64,000 nucleotides of DNA from an uncultured delta proteobacterium (GCA_963794325.1 CAWCDG010000004.1:1906636-1970635); one strand, 5' to 3'; counted from the first letter of the stretch, positions 27,461 to 36,327 are shown. Notes: generated by a model not told the origin, from the sequence alone. A program made the numbers and translations.

Positions 27461-28483
27461 ATGCGAGTAGCTCGGCTTTACGATTTCGGTGACATCCGCG
27501 TCGAGGAAAGTGCGCGGCCGGTGGTTGGCGACGGCGATATTCTCGTTCGCGCGAGCGCGTGCGGCATCTGCTCGGGCGACATCATGCCCTGGTACATCAA
27601 GCGCAAGGCGCCGCTGGTGCTTGGCCACGAGCCGGTGGGAGTCGTCGAGCAGGCGGGCGCACAGGTGCGCGGATTCAAAGCCGGCGACCGCGTGTTCGTG
27701 CACCATCATGCGCCATGCTTTCAATGCGCGGCGTGCCGGCGCGGCGAATACGTGCAATGCGCGACCTGGCGCGCGACTAATATCGTGCCGGGCGGGATGG
27801 CGGAATATTTTCTGGTGAGCGCCGCGAATCAGCGCGATACGCTGCGTCTGCCCGACTCGATCGCCGATGCTGATGGCGTGCTGATCGAGCCGGCCGCCTG
27901 CGTCGTCAAGTCGCTCAAACGCGCAGGACTGAAGGCAGGCGAGTCAATTCTGATCATCGGACTGGGAATCATGGGCATGATGCACGTGAAGCTGGCGCGG
28001 AATCTCGGCGCCGGGACGATCATTGGCGCGGATCTATTTCACACGCGCGCCAAGCGTGCGATCGAGCTTGGTGCGGATCGCGGGATCGTTGTCGAAAGCG
28101 ACAACCTGGTCGAGCAGGTGCGCGAAGTGACCAACGGCGCGATGGCTGACGTTGTGATCGTAGGACCCGGCACCTCGAAGGCGATCGCGACCGGGATTGC
28201 GGCCGCAGGCAAGGGAGCCACGGTCGTGCAATTCACTGCGACGCCGCCCGAGGACGAGTTGCTGGTGAAGCCGCACGACTTGTACTTCAACGAAACGCGG
28301 CTCGTTCCGAGCTATTCATGTGGGCCGGATGAAACGCGCGAAGCGTTATCGCTGGTCGAGCGCGGGGTGATCAACGCCAAAGAACTGGTGACGCACCGGT
28401 TTCCGCTGGCGCAGATCACTGAAGCCTTTGCGACCGCGCAAAAGCCCGAATCACTGAAAGTGATAGTAACCTTCGCGCCTTGA
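27461..28483 (+). CDS. zinc-dependent alcohol dehydrogenase (MDR family, sorbitol/threonine DH-like)
   Basis: MRVARLYDFGDIRVEE..CGICSGD..VLGHEPVGVV..CFQCAACRRGEYVQC..IIGLGIMGMM.. Start at ATG 27461 inside the track ORF. Confidence 0.85.
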   Translation: MRVARLYDFGDIRVEESARPVVGDGDILVRASACGICSGDIMPWYIKRKAPLVLGHEPVGVVEQAGAQVRGFKAGDRVFVHHHAPCFQCAACRRGEYVQCATWRATNIVPGGMAEYFLVSAANQRDTLRLPDSIADADGVLIEPAACVVKSLKRAGLKAGESILIIGLGIMGMMHVKLARNLGAGTIIGADLFHTRAKRAIELGADRGIVVESDNLVEQVREVTNGAMADVVIVGPGTSKAIATGIAAAGKGATVVQFTATPPEDELLVKPHDLYFNETRLVPSYSCGPDETREALSLVERGVINAKELVTHRFPLAQITEAFATAQKPESLKVIVTFAP

Positions 28484-28532
28484 ACTTTCCGCGATAGCTC
28501 TCGGCGAGAGATAATTCGCCGGGATCGTCAAA

Positions 28533-28571
28533 CGGAAAAGGCAAAAGCCGGAACTGACTAATCAGTCCGGC
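28533..28571 (-). terminator. intrinsic terminator candidate downstream of lipoprotein gene
   Basis: Minus strand: GCCGGACTGA-TTAG-TCAG(T)TCCGGC hairpin followed by TTTTGCCTTTT. Confidence 0.5.
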
Positions 28572-28588
28572 AGTGAACAGATAGACAA

Positions 28589-28620
28589 ACGAGGGCGGCT
28601 GCCGAAGCAACCGCCCTCGT
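28589..28620 (-). terminator. 10-bp perfect hairpin downstream of lipoprotein gene (first of two tandem terminator candidates)
   Basis: ACGAGGGCGG, 12-nt loop, CCGCCCTCGT. On the minus strand it is followed by TTTGTCTATCTGTT. Confidence 0.4.
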
Positions 28621-28641
28621 GACTATCAAACTCGTGCGAAA

Positions 28642-29061
28642 TTACGGAGTCGCAGGAGCCGGTGCTGGAGCCGCCGCGCCGCCACTGTCGCCACCTGCCG
28701 CGGGCGCCGCCTCGGGAGCTGCCTCAGCCGCCGCGTGATGATGATGAGTGTGGTAATGGACATGGCGGGGCGAGCTCATCGTCTTTGACGCGATCGCTTC
28801 CGCACGATCCGCAGCCGCCTTCGCATCGCTGGCCGCCTGCTCTACGCGGCTGGCCGCTGCCTGAGCCTGCGCCGCCGCTGCCGACGACTTCTGAGCCGCC
28901 GCATCAGCGCGTGCCGCTGCCTGGTCAGCCTGGTTCGCCGCGTTGACGGCGCGCTGTGCTGGATCCGGCTCGTTCGACGAACATCCGACGAACAACGAAA
29001 GGGCCAACACAGCCCCGGCAAGACCGATCAGTTTCGAAGATTTTCTCGTTAACCCTTCCAT
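28642..29061 (-). CDS. Ala-rich lipoprotein with C-terminal His cluster
   Basis: 139 aa. The signal peptide plus lipobox (..LALSLFVGCSSNE), Ala/Gln-rich helical repeats, and ..PRHVHYHTHHHHAAAE.. AGGAGG lies upstream of the start. Confidence 0.7.
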   Translation of the reverse strand: MEGLTRKSSKLIGLAGAVLALSLFVGCSSNEPDPAQRAVNAANQADQAAARADAAAQKSSAAAAQAQAAASRVEQAASDAKAAADRAEAIASKTMSSPRHVHYHTHHHHAAAEAAPEAAPAAGGDSGGAAAPAPAPATP

Positions 29062-29311
29062 TTCATCCTCCTAAGGATTGCGCAGGGGCTTTCACTAAGT
29101 GATTCAAGACCTCTGCATTAAGACCATCTTTTTGTCTCACAAACTCGAAGCCCTATGCAAGTGTTGGTCGCGTGAATTGTTATCTCAGGGACCATTGACC
29201 CGACTGGCTATTTGTACTTAGTGCATCGCGATAGCTGCTATGAGGACGCGATTAAAACTCACTAACCGCCTGTCGAAAAAGTAATTTTCAACGCCGGTTC
29301 CGTCTCTCTTG

Positions 29312-29331
29312 TCTCCCCCAAAAGGGGGAGA
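29312..29331. repeat. REP-like hairpin TCTCCCCC-AAAA-GGGGGAGA
   Basis: An 8-bp perfect stem of the same core type as 8324-8345. Confidence 0.5.
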
Positions 29332-29357
29332 GGTTATAGGTAAGAGGACAGTTTAAC

Positions 29358-29397
29358 GCAGGGTGCTGAAAAAAGCCTTGGTTTTTCAACACCCTGC
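29358..29397. other. long hairpin (15 bp, one mismatch) in the 500-bp non-coding spacer downstream of groEL
   Basis: GCAGGGTGCTGAAAAA pairs with TTTTTCAACACCCTGC around an 8-nt loop. No U-tract follows on either strand. Confidence 0.35.
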
Positions 29398-29564
29398 TAG
29401 TGAACCAGTGATGTCGATTTCGTTTACGTCCACTCACAGTGGCTTATGCACTATCGTTTCCAACCTTCGCCCAGCTTCTCGCGCTCGGCAGAATTATGGG
29501 TAGCGACTCTCAACAGTTCTACACAGTTCTACAATAACTAAAAAACGACAACGACCATGACGAT

Positions 29565-31259
29565 TTAGAAATCGTCGCCGTAGTCATCCATGCCGCCCAT
29601 GCCGCCCATTCCACCCATTCCTCCCATGCCACCCATACCGCCGCCCATTCCACCGCCGGGCATCGCAGGCATCGGAGAAGACTTCTTCGGTGCTTCGGCG
29701 ACGGCGGCCTCGGTCGTCAGCATCATCGACGCGGCGCTGGATGCGTTCTCGAGGGCCGAACGCACGACCTTGGCGGGATCGAGCACGCCGGCCTTGACGA
29801 GATCTTCGTAAACTTCGGTGGCGGCGTTGAAACCGAAATCACCCTTGCCTTCGAGCACCGCGTTGAGAACGATTTCCGGCTCGTGACCGGCGTTGCGCGC
29901 GATCTGCTTGAGCGGTTCCGACATCGCAGCGGCGACGATTCCAGCGCCGGCCTTCTGATCTTCGTTGAGGCGCATCGACTTCACCGCATCGATCGCGCGC
30001 ACCAGCGCGACGCCGCCGCCCGGGACGATTCCTTCCTCGACCGCGGCGCGGAGTGCATGGACGGCGTCATCGACGCGCGCCTTTTTTTCTTTCAGCTCGA
30101 CCTCGGTCGCCGCGCCGACCCTGATAACGGCGACGCCGCCGGTGAGCTTGGCGAGCCGCTCCTGCAACTTCTCGCGATCGTAGTCGGAGGTGGTCTCTTC
30201 GATCTGGCGGCGAATCAATTCGATTCGTCCCTGGATCTCGGCCTTCTTGCCGGCGCCGCCGATGATGGTGGTGTTGTCTTTGTCGATCAGAACTTTTTTG
30301 GCTTTGCCGAGCGAGGCGATGTCGATGTTCTCGATCTTGGCGCCGAGTTCTTCCGCGATCAGAGTACCGCCGGTCAGGATCGCCATGTCATTGAGCATTT
30401 CTTTGCGTCGATCGCCGAAGCCGGGCGCCTTGACCGCCGCGACTTTGATCGTGCCGCGCAGCTTGTTTACGACCAGCGCGGCGAGCGCCTCGCTCTCGAC
30501 GTCCTCGGCGATAATCAGGAGCTGGCGACCGGTCTGCACGACGCTTTCGAGCAGCGGCAGGATTTCGCGCAGGTTCGACAGTTTCTTTTCGTGGAACAGG
30601 ATCAGCGGCTCGTCGAGCTCGACCGTCAGCTTGTCGGGATTGGTCACGAAGTAGGGTGACAGGTAGCCGCGATCGAAGCGCATCCCCTCGACCAGGTCGA
30701 GCACGGTGTCCAGCCCGCGCGCCTCTTCGACGGTGATCACGCCTTCCTTGCCGACCTTGTCCATCGCGTCGGCAACGATTTTGCCGATTGATTTGTCGCC
30801 GTTGGCCGAAACCGTCGCGACCTGCTCGAGGCGGGCGTGCTCCTTCACCGGCCGCGACATTTCCTTGATTGCCGCGACCGCCTTGACCACCGCGGCCTCG
30901 ATTCCGCGCCGCAGTTCCATCGCGGGGAATCCCGCGGCGAGCAGTTTGATCCCCTCGCGCACGATTGCGCCCGCCAGCACCGTCGCGGTGGTGGTGCCGT
31001 CGCCGGCGACGTCGGAGGTTTTCTGCGCGACTTCGCGAATCAGCTTCGCGCCCATGTTCTCGAAGCGGTTTTCGAGTTCGATTTCCTTGACTACGGTCAC
31101 GCCGTCTTTGGTGACGGTCGGTGCGCCGAAGCTCCGCTGGATCATGACGTTGCGGCCCTTTGGCCCGAGGGTTACGCGCGCGGCTTCCATCACCAGCGTC
31201 GCGCCCCTGACGATTCCGACTCGTGCTCTCTCGTGCAGCTCAACCGTTTTGGCTGGCAT
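29565..31259 (-). CDS. groL: chaperonin GroEL (no adjacent groES)
   Basis: 564 aa. ..[34 protein letters not shown].. with a C-terminal (GGM)n tail. Confidence 0.95.
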   Translation of the reverse strand: MPAKTVELHERARVGIVRGATLVMEAARVTLGPKGRNVMIQRSFGAPTVTKDGVTVVKEIELENRFENMGAKLIREVAQKTSDVAGDGTTTATVLAGAIVREGIKLLAAGFPAMELRRGIEAAVVKAVAAIKEMSRPVKEHARLEQVATVSANGDKSIGKIVADAMDKVGKEGVITVEEARGLDTVLDLVEGMRFDRGYLSPYFVTNPDKLTVELDEPLILFHEKKLSNLREILPLLESVVQTGRQLLIIAEDVESEALAALVVNKLRGTIKVAAVKAPGFGDRRKEMLNDMAILTGGTLIAEELGAKIENIDIASLGKAKKVLIDKDNTTIIGGAGKKAEIQGRIELIRRQIEETTSDYDREKLQERLAKLTGGVAVIRVGAATEVELKEKKARVDDAVHALRAAVEEGIVPGGGVALVRAIDAVKSMRLNEDQKAGAGIVAAAMSEPLKQIARNAGHEPEIVLNAVLEGKGDFGFNAATEVYEDLVKAGVLDPAKVVRSALENASSAASMMLTTEAAVAEAPKKSSPMPAMPGGGMGGGMGGMGGMGGMGGMGGMDDYGDDF

Positions 31260-31434
31260 ATAAATCTCTCCCAGTATTGCTAGCTCGTCCTGAATTCAGT
31301 TCCGGGCAAACCACCACCTCGGCGGTTTGGGGACCGCTATGAATCTAAACATCGAATCGAGCGATGCAAGTGGAGCGGTTCGTATTGCGCGTACAAGTGG
31401 CCAAGACTGCGAGATTTGGGTAGAGGATTGAGCG

Positions 31435-31860
31435 ATGGAAATTGAATCGGCACGCCAGGCGCTATCGCCTCGAATCGGGCGCGGTCGCAGCGCAGCACCA
31501 ACATGGCCGTCGCCTGTCTTTATTGCGATCACATTGATTTTCATGGTTGCAGGTTGCGCGACTCGTGAGGTGCCATTTCATACGGAAGGAACCCAAGGCC
31601 AGGTGGGCCGTCCGATGCATGCGGGGATTTTTCTCGACGAAAAAGCCGCCGGATGCGGCGGTCCTGCTGCTGGTTCGGCGCTGGTTGCCGCCAGCAGCCT
31701 TCCTCCGGGGATTCGGCAAAGCGGGCGAAATGATTGGTTGTTCGAGGGAACGCCAACGAAAGCCGGGCACTGGACGACGCAGGTTACGTTGATCGATCTG
31801 GTGTGCAGCGGTTCCCGTCCTGATCAGACGATGCCGGTAGAGTTCAATATTTCTCCATAG
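31435..31860 (+). CDS. hypothetical lipoprotein with putative Ig-like (He_PIG/cadherin-like) motif
   Basis: 141 aa. ..IAITLIFMVAGCATRE is lipobox-like. C-terminal LPPGIRQSGRNDWLFEGTPTKAGHWTTQVTLID. Confidence 0.5.
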   Translation: MEIESARQALSPRIGRGRSAAPTWPSPVFIAITLIFMVAGCATREVPFHTEGTQGQVGRPMHAGIFLDEKAAGCGGPAAGSALVAASSLPPGIRQSGRNDWLFEGTPTKAGHWTTQVTLIDLVCSGSRPDQTMPVEFNISP

Positions 31861-31970
31861 GCGCCAGACGCCGGCGAGCGAGCATCAAAGGGAAGCGGCT
31901 TTATGAAATTCGCGGAGCGTGCAAGGATGATTGTATTGGGTAGCGCGACTTCCGGCGGAGGCTGTTCAAC

Positions 31971-32423
31971 GTGAATCAAATCATCGAGCAATTGGCGGGC
32001 ACGCGCGCGAGCGCGGCGACCGCATTCATAACGATTATCTGTGGAGTATTGGTGGCCTCGAGCGCGTGGGCGACGCCATTCGGATCGGCCCGCGGCTCGC
32101 GCAGAGTTGAATCTCAACTCCAGCATCGTGCGCTTCAACTTGCAGCCGAACCGGCGACTGCTCCGGCGCCCGCCGAAGAGACCGACGGAGAGGATGACAA
32201 AGACGTTCCGACCAGTCAGGTCGACAAATACATCAGCGTTTACGAGTCGATGCAGAAGGATCATAACCTGACGGTCGAGCAGGCCACTTCGAAGCAAGGG
32301 CTGACGGTCGCGCAGTTCAGATCGATCGAGGGGAAGATCGAGCGCGACGACACCTTGCGCGAGCGGGTCCGCAAGGCGCTAAGGCACGCGACCGATCCCA
32401 ATGATAAAGACTCGGAGGATTAG
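31971..32423 (+). CDS. hypothetical secreted protein (possibly DUF4168-like)
   Basis: 150 aa with a GTG start, hydrophobic N-terminus (AFITIICGVLVASSAWA) and charged helical C-terminal half. The family assignment is tentative. Confidence 0.45.
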   Translation: MNQIIEQLAGTRASAATAFITIICGVLVASSAWATPFGSARGSRRVESQLQHRALQLAAEPATAPAPAEETDGEDDKDVPTSQVDKYISVYESMQKDHNLTVEQATSKQGLTVAQFRSIEGKIERDDTLRERVRKALRHATDPNDKDSED

Positions 32424-32449
32424 CAAAACCGAGCCGCGCCGGGTTGGAA

Positions 32450-32655
32450 GGGTAAATCACTTCATTGAATGTGAAACCCTCCGCGGGTTTCACGCTTCCG
32501 CGGCAGGGGTGACCCCTGCACCCAGTGAGAAGCGCGAAATGTTGAGGACAACCTTTCGCTCTCAGGTTCTTGATTTTGGTGGCACAGGCTTTAGCCTGTG
32601 ATTCTTTCCCTGAATTTGCAGGGACCAGAAAATCACAGGCTAAAGCCTGTGCCAC
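32450..32655 (+). repeat. ~205-bp multi-hairpin repeat element, copy A
   Basis: Aligns end to end with the reverse complement of 33087-33293. Hairpins: H1 32471-32493, H2 32503-32519, H3 32527-32563, H4 32576-32658 (28-bp perfect stem). Confidence 0.85.
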
Positions 32656-32706
32656 CAATGCCAGCGGCCGGCCGTAACGCGGATCGGCGGTGAGGGCTCT
32701 GCGACT

Positions 32707-33086
32707 CTAATCGCTGTCGGTTTCGTCGAGCGCTGCGAGGGCTGGATCGGAATCGGAAATCACGTCGATTCGGGCGGCGGGAAGGCCCGACATCAATTCG
32801 TTGATGTTCTCCGCTATTCGATCGACGAATCGTTGTTGTCCCGCCAGTTCGTCCATCCGATTGTAGAGCACTACTATCGCGCGATCCTGGTTCGGAGCGA
32901 ATTCCACATGAGCGGTATAGCCGGGCGTCGTGCCGCCATGCTCGTAGCGGCCGGATGGGCGAATGCGCCAAGCACCACTAGCCATTTGAGCGATTTGATG
33001 TAGGTCTGACGGTTCATCTGTCTGCGAAGCGGCGGGCACGGCGGCCCGCCCACTGAACACTCCAACTTCAGACTGGCATTGCGCAC
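32707..33086 (-). pseudogene. C-terminal remnant of a beta-lactamase-family serine hydrolase
   Basis: Minus-strand translation ..ASGAWRIRPSGRYEHGGTTPGYTAHVEFAPNQDRAIVVLYNRMD.. resembles the C-terminal region of class-C beta-lactamase/esterase-type hydrolases. There is no SxxK-bearing N-terminal ~300 aa. The upstream part of the track ORF runs into repeat copy B. Confidence 0.5.
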
Positions 33087-33293
33087 GTGGCACAGGCTTT
33101 AGCCTGTGGTTTTCTGATCCATGCAAATCCAGGAAAAGAATCACAGGCTAAAGCCTGTGCCACCAATTCAAGAACCTGTGAGCAAAAGCGCGTCCTCGCC
33201 ATTTTGCGATTAGCAGTGGGTGCAGGGGTCACCCCTGCTCAAGGAAGTTTGAAACCCACGGTGGGTTTCATTTTAAATTAAGTGATTTACCCC
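33087..33293 (-). repeat. ~205-bp multi-hairpin repeat element, copy B (inverted relative to A)
   Basis: Same hairpin order as copy A on the opposite strand: H4 33087-33163, H3 33182-33207, H2 33222-33238, H1 33250-33270. Confidence 0.85.
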
Positions 33294-33300
33294 TCCCCGC

Positions 33301-34134
33301 TCACGGGTTGATTATCACAAGCGTGCCTTTGGGGAGTATCCGCACAAGTTCTTCGATGTCTTCGTCGTCCACCGAGATGCATCCGGTGGTCCAATTTATG
33401 TCGCCGCGGTTCAGCTCCGGATTGTCGGTCCCGTGGATTCCGATTCGGCCGCCGACTCCGACCGGACGCCCGTCTGCGATCGGGACCTCGCCGCCGTCGC
33501 GCATCTGCTCGTAGCGATAACGGTCAAGCGAGTTTGGATAGTTCAGCGTCAGGAACCAATCCCAGCGGCGGCTCGGATGTTTCTCGACGATTGTGTAAAC
33601 GCCCTCGGGCGTGCGCCGGTCGCCCTCCCACAGTTTCGTGCCGGGCTCGAAGCTGCGGCCGAACACGGCGTGATAGGTCTTAAACAGCCGGCCCTTGTAG
33701 TAAACGACCAGCTGGTGATGCTTTTTGAAAATCGTCACCGACCAGTTGAGTGGATCCATAAACGCGATGTCGCGAGTCTTGTCGAACAGCAACTGGCCCG
33801 GGGTCGGCACGCGAGCGGTTCTCACGCCGTCGATTTTCACCTGCGGCAGAAGAGTGGGCGTTGGCGTCGGCGTCGGGGTTAAAGTCGCGCGAGGGTCGGG
33901 GGGCTCGGGCGTCGGCATCCCGGGATCGACGTACTGAACCTTGCGCGGATCGTAGGGTGGAGGCGGCGGCTGCATGCCGGCCTTCTCCGCGTCGCCGGCG
34001 GTGATCGGCTCATTCTGCTGTACGGCAGCGAAGGGGACTCGCGCGCGTGCGGACTGCGCAGCGCACATCACTAATATTGCCGCGCCGACAAAAGCGGCGG
34101 CGAACGAACCAACAATCCTGCCCATCAACTTCAA
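33301..34134 (-). CDS. L,D-transpeptidase (YkuD domain)
   Basis: 277 aa with a signal peptide. ..GIHGTDNPELNRGDINWTTGCISV.. carries the catalytic His/Cys motif. Confidence 0.85.
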   Translation of the reverse strand: MKLMGRIVGSFAAAFVGAAILVMCAAQSARARVPFAAVQQNEPITAGDAEKAGMQPPPPPYDPRKVQYVDPGMPTPEPPDPRATLTPTPTPTPTLLPQVKIDGVRTARVPTPGQLLFDKTRDIAFMDPLNWSVTIFKKHHQLVVYYKGRLFKTYHAVFGRSFEPGTKLWEGDRRTPEGVYTIVEKHPSRRWDWFLTLNYPNSLDRYRYEQMRDGGEVPIADGRPVGVGGRIGIHGTDNPELNRGDINWTTGCISVDDEDIEELVRILPKGTLVIINP

Positions 34135-34251
34135 CCAGACTCCAGCATCGCGATCACATTATCCATTTTGTGAACGCTTGGTGCGAAGGTCAATTGTAAC
34201 GTAGCGTAAATCAGAAATTTGTCGCCGAGGAACTCCGGGAGCGTTCATTCG

Positions 34252-34767
34252 ATGGATAACAATTTCGCGCGCGCAATGGCGGCGCTCACCACCGGAATAT
34301 ACGTTTTGACCACGCAGGAGAATGGGCGATGCCACGGGATGTCGTCGTCGTGGGTCGCGCAGGTGTCGGGAGAGCCGGTGATGCTTACGGCGGCGGTCGA
34401 CAACGCACATTTCAGCAACGGCGTGATCGCTCGGACGGGCGCATTCGGATTGAACGTCGTAGGACGGCGCGGCCGCGAGCTCGAAGATTATTTCTACTCG
34501 CCGCGCGCGCGCCGCGACAACAATCTCGATACGATCGAATACGAGTTGTCGCCGACGCTCGCGGTGCCGTGGCTGAAGCTCGCGATGATCGCTATCGAAG
34601 CGCGGGTGGTCGACAGCCGCCTAGCCGGCGATCACACAATATTCGTTGCGTCGCCGGTGGGCGTGCGGGTGAGCGCGAACGATCGGCCGCTGACGTCGCT
34701 CGATCTTGATTACGTTTATCTCGGCGGCAAGCAGGTGGTCGCGCGCGATCGTTCGGGATGGGATTAG
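34252..34767 (+). CDS. flavin reductase family protein (paralog 1)
   Basis: MDNNFARAMAALTTGIYVLTTQENGRCHGMSSSWVAQVS.. is an FMN-binding split-barrel. Start at ATG 34252. Confidence 0.75.
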   Translation: MDNNFARAMAALTTGIYVLTTQENGRCHGMSSSWVAQVSGEPVMLTAAVDNAHFSNGVIARTGAFGLNVVGRRGRELEDYFYSPRARRDNNLDTIEYELSPTLAVPWLKLAMIAIEARVVDSRLAGDHTIFVASPVGVRVSANDRPLTSLDLDYVYLGGKQVVARDRSGWD

Positions 34768-34790
34768 GGGGGCGGGCGGGTGGCCTGGAT

Positions 34791-34822
34791 CTAACCTCTC
34801 CTTGTCCGAGGAGAGGTCGGCG
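34791..34822. repeat. 32-nt REP-like unit (contains hairpin ACCTCTCC-N8-GGAGAGGT)
   Basis: CTAACCTCTCCTTGTCCGAGGAGAGGTCGGCG is the perfect reverse complement of 34990-35021. Confidence 0.85.
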
Positions 34823-34989
34823 CGAGCCGTAGGCGAGCGACGGGAGTGGTGCAGCGCTGGCCGTCGCAACAACGCCCGTTGTGCTGCTGTCGAGCGGCGA
34901 ACGCGTCTCTATGGATTGAGATTAGACGAGTCGAAGTTGGTGGGGTGTCTGGCGTTGTACCTCACCCGGCGACACCGCTTCGCGGCTTT

Positions 34990-35021
34990 CGCCGACCTCT
35001 CCTCGGACAAGGAGAGGTTAG
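34990..35021. repeat. 32-nt REP-like unit, inverted partner
   Basis: CGCCGACCTCTCCTCGGACAAGGAGAGGTTAG. The flanks continue to align with the partner, more loosely, for ~35 further nt. Confidence 0.85.
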
Positions 35022-35106
35022 GATGGGGGGCACCGCGGCATGCCCCCACTTAAGCTTTTGCGGGTGGCATTCGTTTGATAGCATCCGCGCGCGGAGAGAT
35101 TTTGGA

Positions 35107-35586
35107 ATGGCAATCGAAAAGAACGAACTGCGGCGCGTGATGGGTCATTTTGCGACCGGGGTCACCGTGATCACGTCGATTCGCGCGTCGGGCGAGCTGC
35201 ATGGCCTGACTGCCAACGCGTTCACGTCGGTCTCGCTGATTCCGCCGTTGGCGCTGGTTTGTGTCGACAAGAAAGCCGAGAGCTATCCGTGCTTCGAGGA
35301 GAGCAAAATCTTCACGGTCAATGTACTGGCGTCGGACCAGGAATCGTTGTCGCGCAGGTTTGCGGTCAGCGGCGGCCAAAAATTCGAGGGCGTCAGCTAC
35401 AAGATTGGCGCGAACGGCGCTCCAATCCTCGACGGCGCACTCGCCTACCTCGAGTGTAAGGTCACGACCTCAATAGACGGCGGCGACCATACGATTTATA
35501 TTGGCGAGATCGAGCAGGCCGAAACTCCGCACGAAGGCAAGCCGCTGCTGTTCTTCCGTGGCGGTTATCGCGAGCTTGGCGACTAG
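35107..35586 (+). CDS. flavin reductase family protein (paralog 2)
   Basis: MAIEKNELRRVMGHFATGVTVITS..GLTANAFTSVSLIPPLALVCVDK..GDHTIYIGEI..LLFFRGGY. Start at ATG 35107. Confidence 0.85.
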   Translation: MAIEKNELRRVMGHFATGVTVITSIRASGELHGLTANAFTSVSLIPPLALVCVDKKAESYPCFEESKIFTVNVLASDQESLSRRFAVSGGQKFEGVSYKIGANGAPILDGALAYLECKVTTSIDGGDHTIYIGEIEQAETPHEGKPLLFFRGGYRELGD

Positions 35587-35601
35587 ATCGCAAACGCAAT
35601 C

Positions 35602-36327
35602 GTGAGCGCCCCGGCCCGAATCCCCGGAATCAGCGTCTTTCTGCCGTCGCATAACGAGGAAGGCAACGTCGAGCGCGTCGCGCGATCGTGGATCGCCGAA
35701 TGCCCACGCGTCGCCGGCAACTTCGAGGTGATCGTAGTTGACGACGGCAGCCGCGATCGCACCGGCGAAATCGCCGAGCGCCTCGCGGCCGAGGATTCGC
35801 ACGTCAAGGTCGTACGTCATCCGGTGAATCGCGGGTATGGCGGCGCGGTGATTTCCGGCATTCGCGCATCGACTCAACCCTACGTATTGCTCTGCGACGG
35901 CGACGGTCAGTTCGATCCCGCTGACCTCGAACTGCTGACGCCGTTTGTTCCCGAGTACGACGTGGTGTGCGGACGCCGCGCGCATCGCGCGGACCATCTG
36001 ATGCGCCGGGTCAACGGCAAGGCATGGACGACCCTGGTCCGCGTTCTGCTCGGAATCACGATCACCGATATCGATTGCGGCTTTAAGCTGTTCAAACGCG
36101 AGAAACTCGACGGGATGGAACTGCGGGCGCATGGCGCGATGATCTCGACCGAGCTGATGGCGCGGCTGGCGGGGCGGAAGGCAAAGGTCAAAGAGGTCGA
36201 CGTCCAGCATCTGCCGCGGCTGACCGGCGAGCAGTCGGGCGCCAATCTTAAGGTAGTCGCACGAGCGTTTAAGGAACTGATAGCGCTCTACCGCGAGCTA
36301 AGAGATGAGCGCCGAGGGCAAGGATAG
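35602..36327 (+). CDS. family 2 glycosyltransferase (polyprenyl-phosphate sugar synthase-like)
   Basis: ..ISVFLPSHNEEGNV..EVIVVDDGSRDRTGEIA..NRGYGGAV..LCDGDGQFDP.. Confidence 0.85.
   Translation: MSAPARIPGISVFLPSHNEEGNVERVARSWIAECPRVAGNFEVIVVDDGSRDRTGEIAERLAAEDSHVKVVRHPVNRGYGGAVISGIRASTQPYVLLCDGDGQFDPADLELLTPFVPEYDVVCGRRAHRADHLMRRVNGKAWTTLVRVLLGITITDIDCGFKLFKREKLDGMELRAHGAMISTELMARLAGRKAKVKEVDVQHLPRLTGEQSGANLKVVARAFKELIALYRELRDERRGQG

Noticed and set aside
31260-31434. CIRCE (TTAGCACTC-N9-GAGTGCTAA) or sigma-32 promoter upstream of groEL.
   Set aside because: I found no acceptable match by eye. Only a 10-bp palindrome CTGAATTCAG of unknown relevance is present.
32579-32596. Sigma-54-like motif TGGCAC-N5-TTAGC inside the arms of the long hairpins (also 33088-33105).
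   Set aside because: The -12 GC is displaced by one position relative to the GG. The motif occurs symmetrically on both arms as part of a palindrome. It is therefore more likely structural than a promoter.
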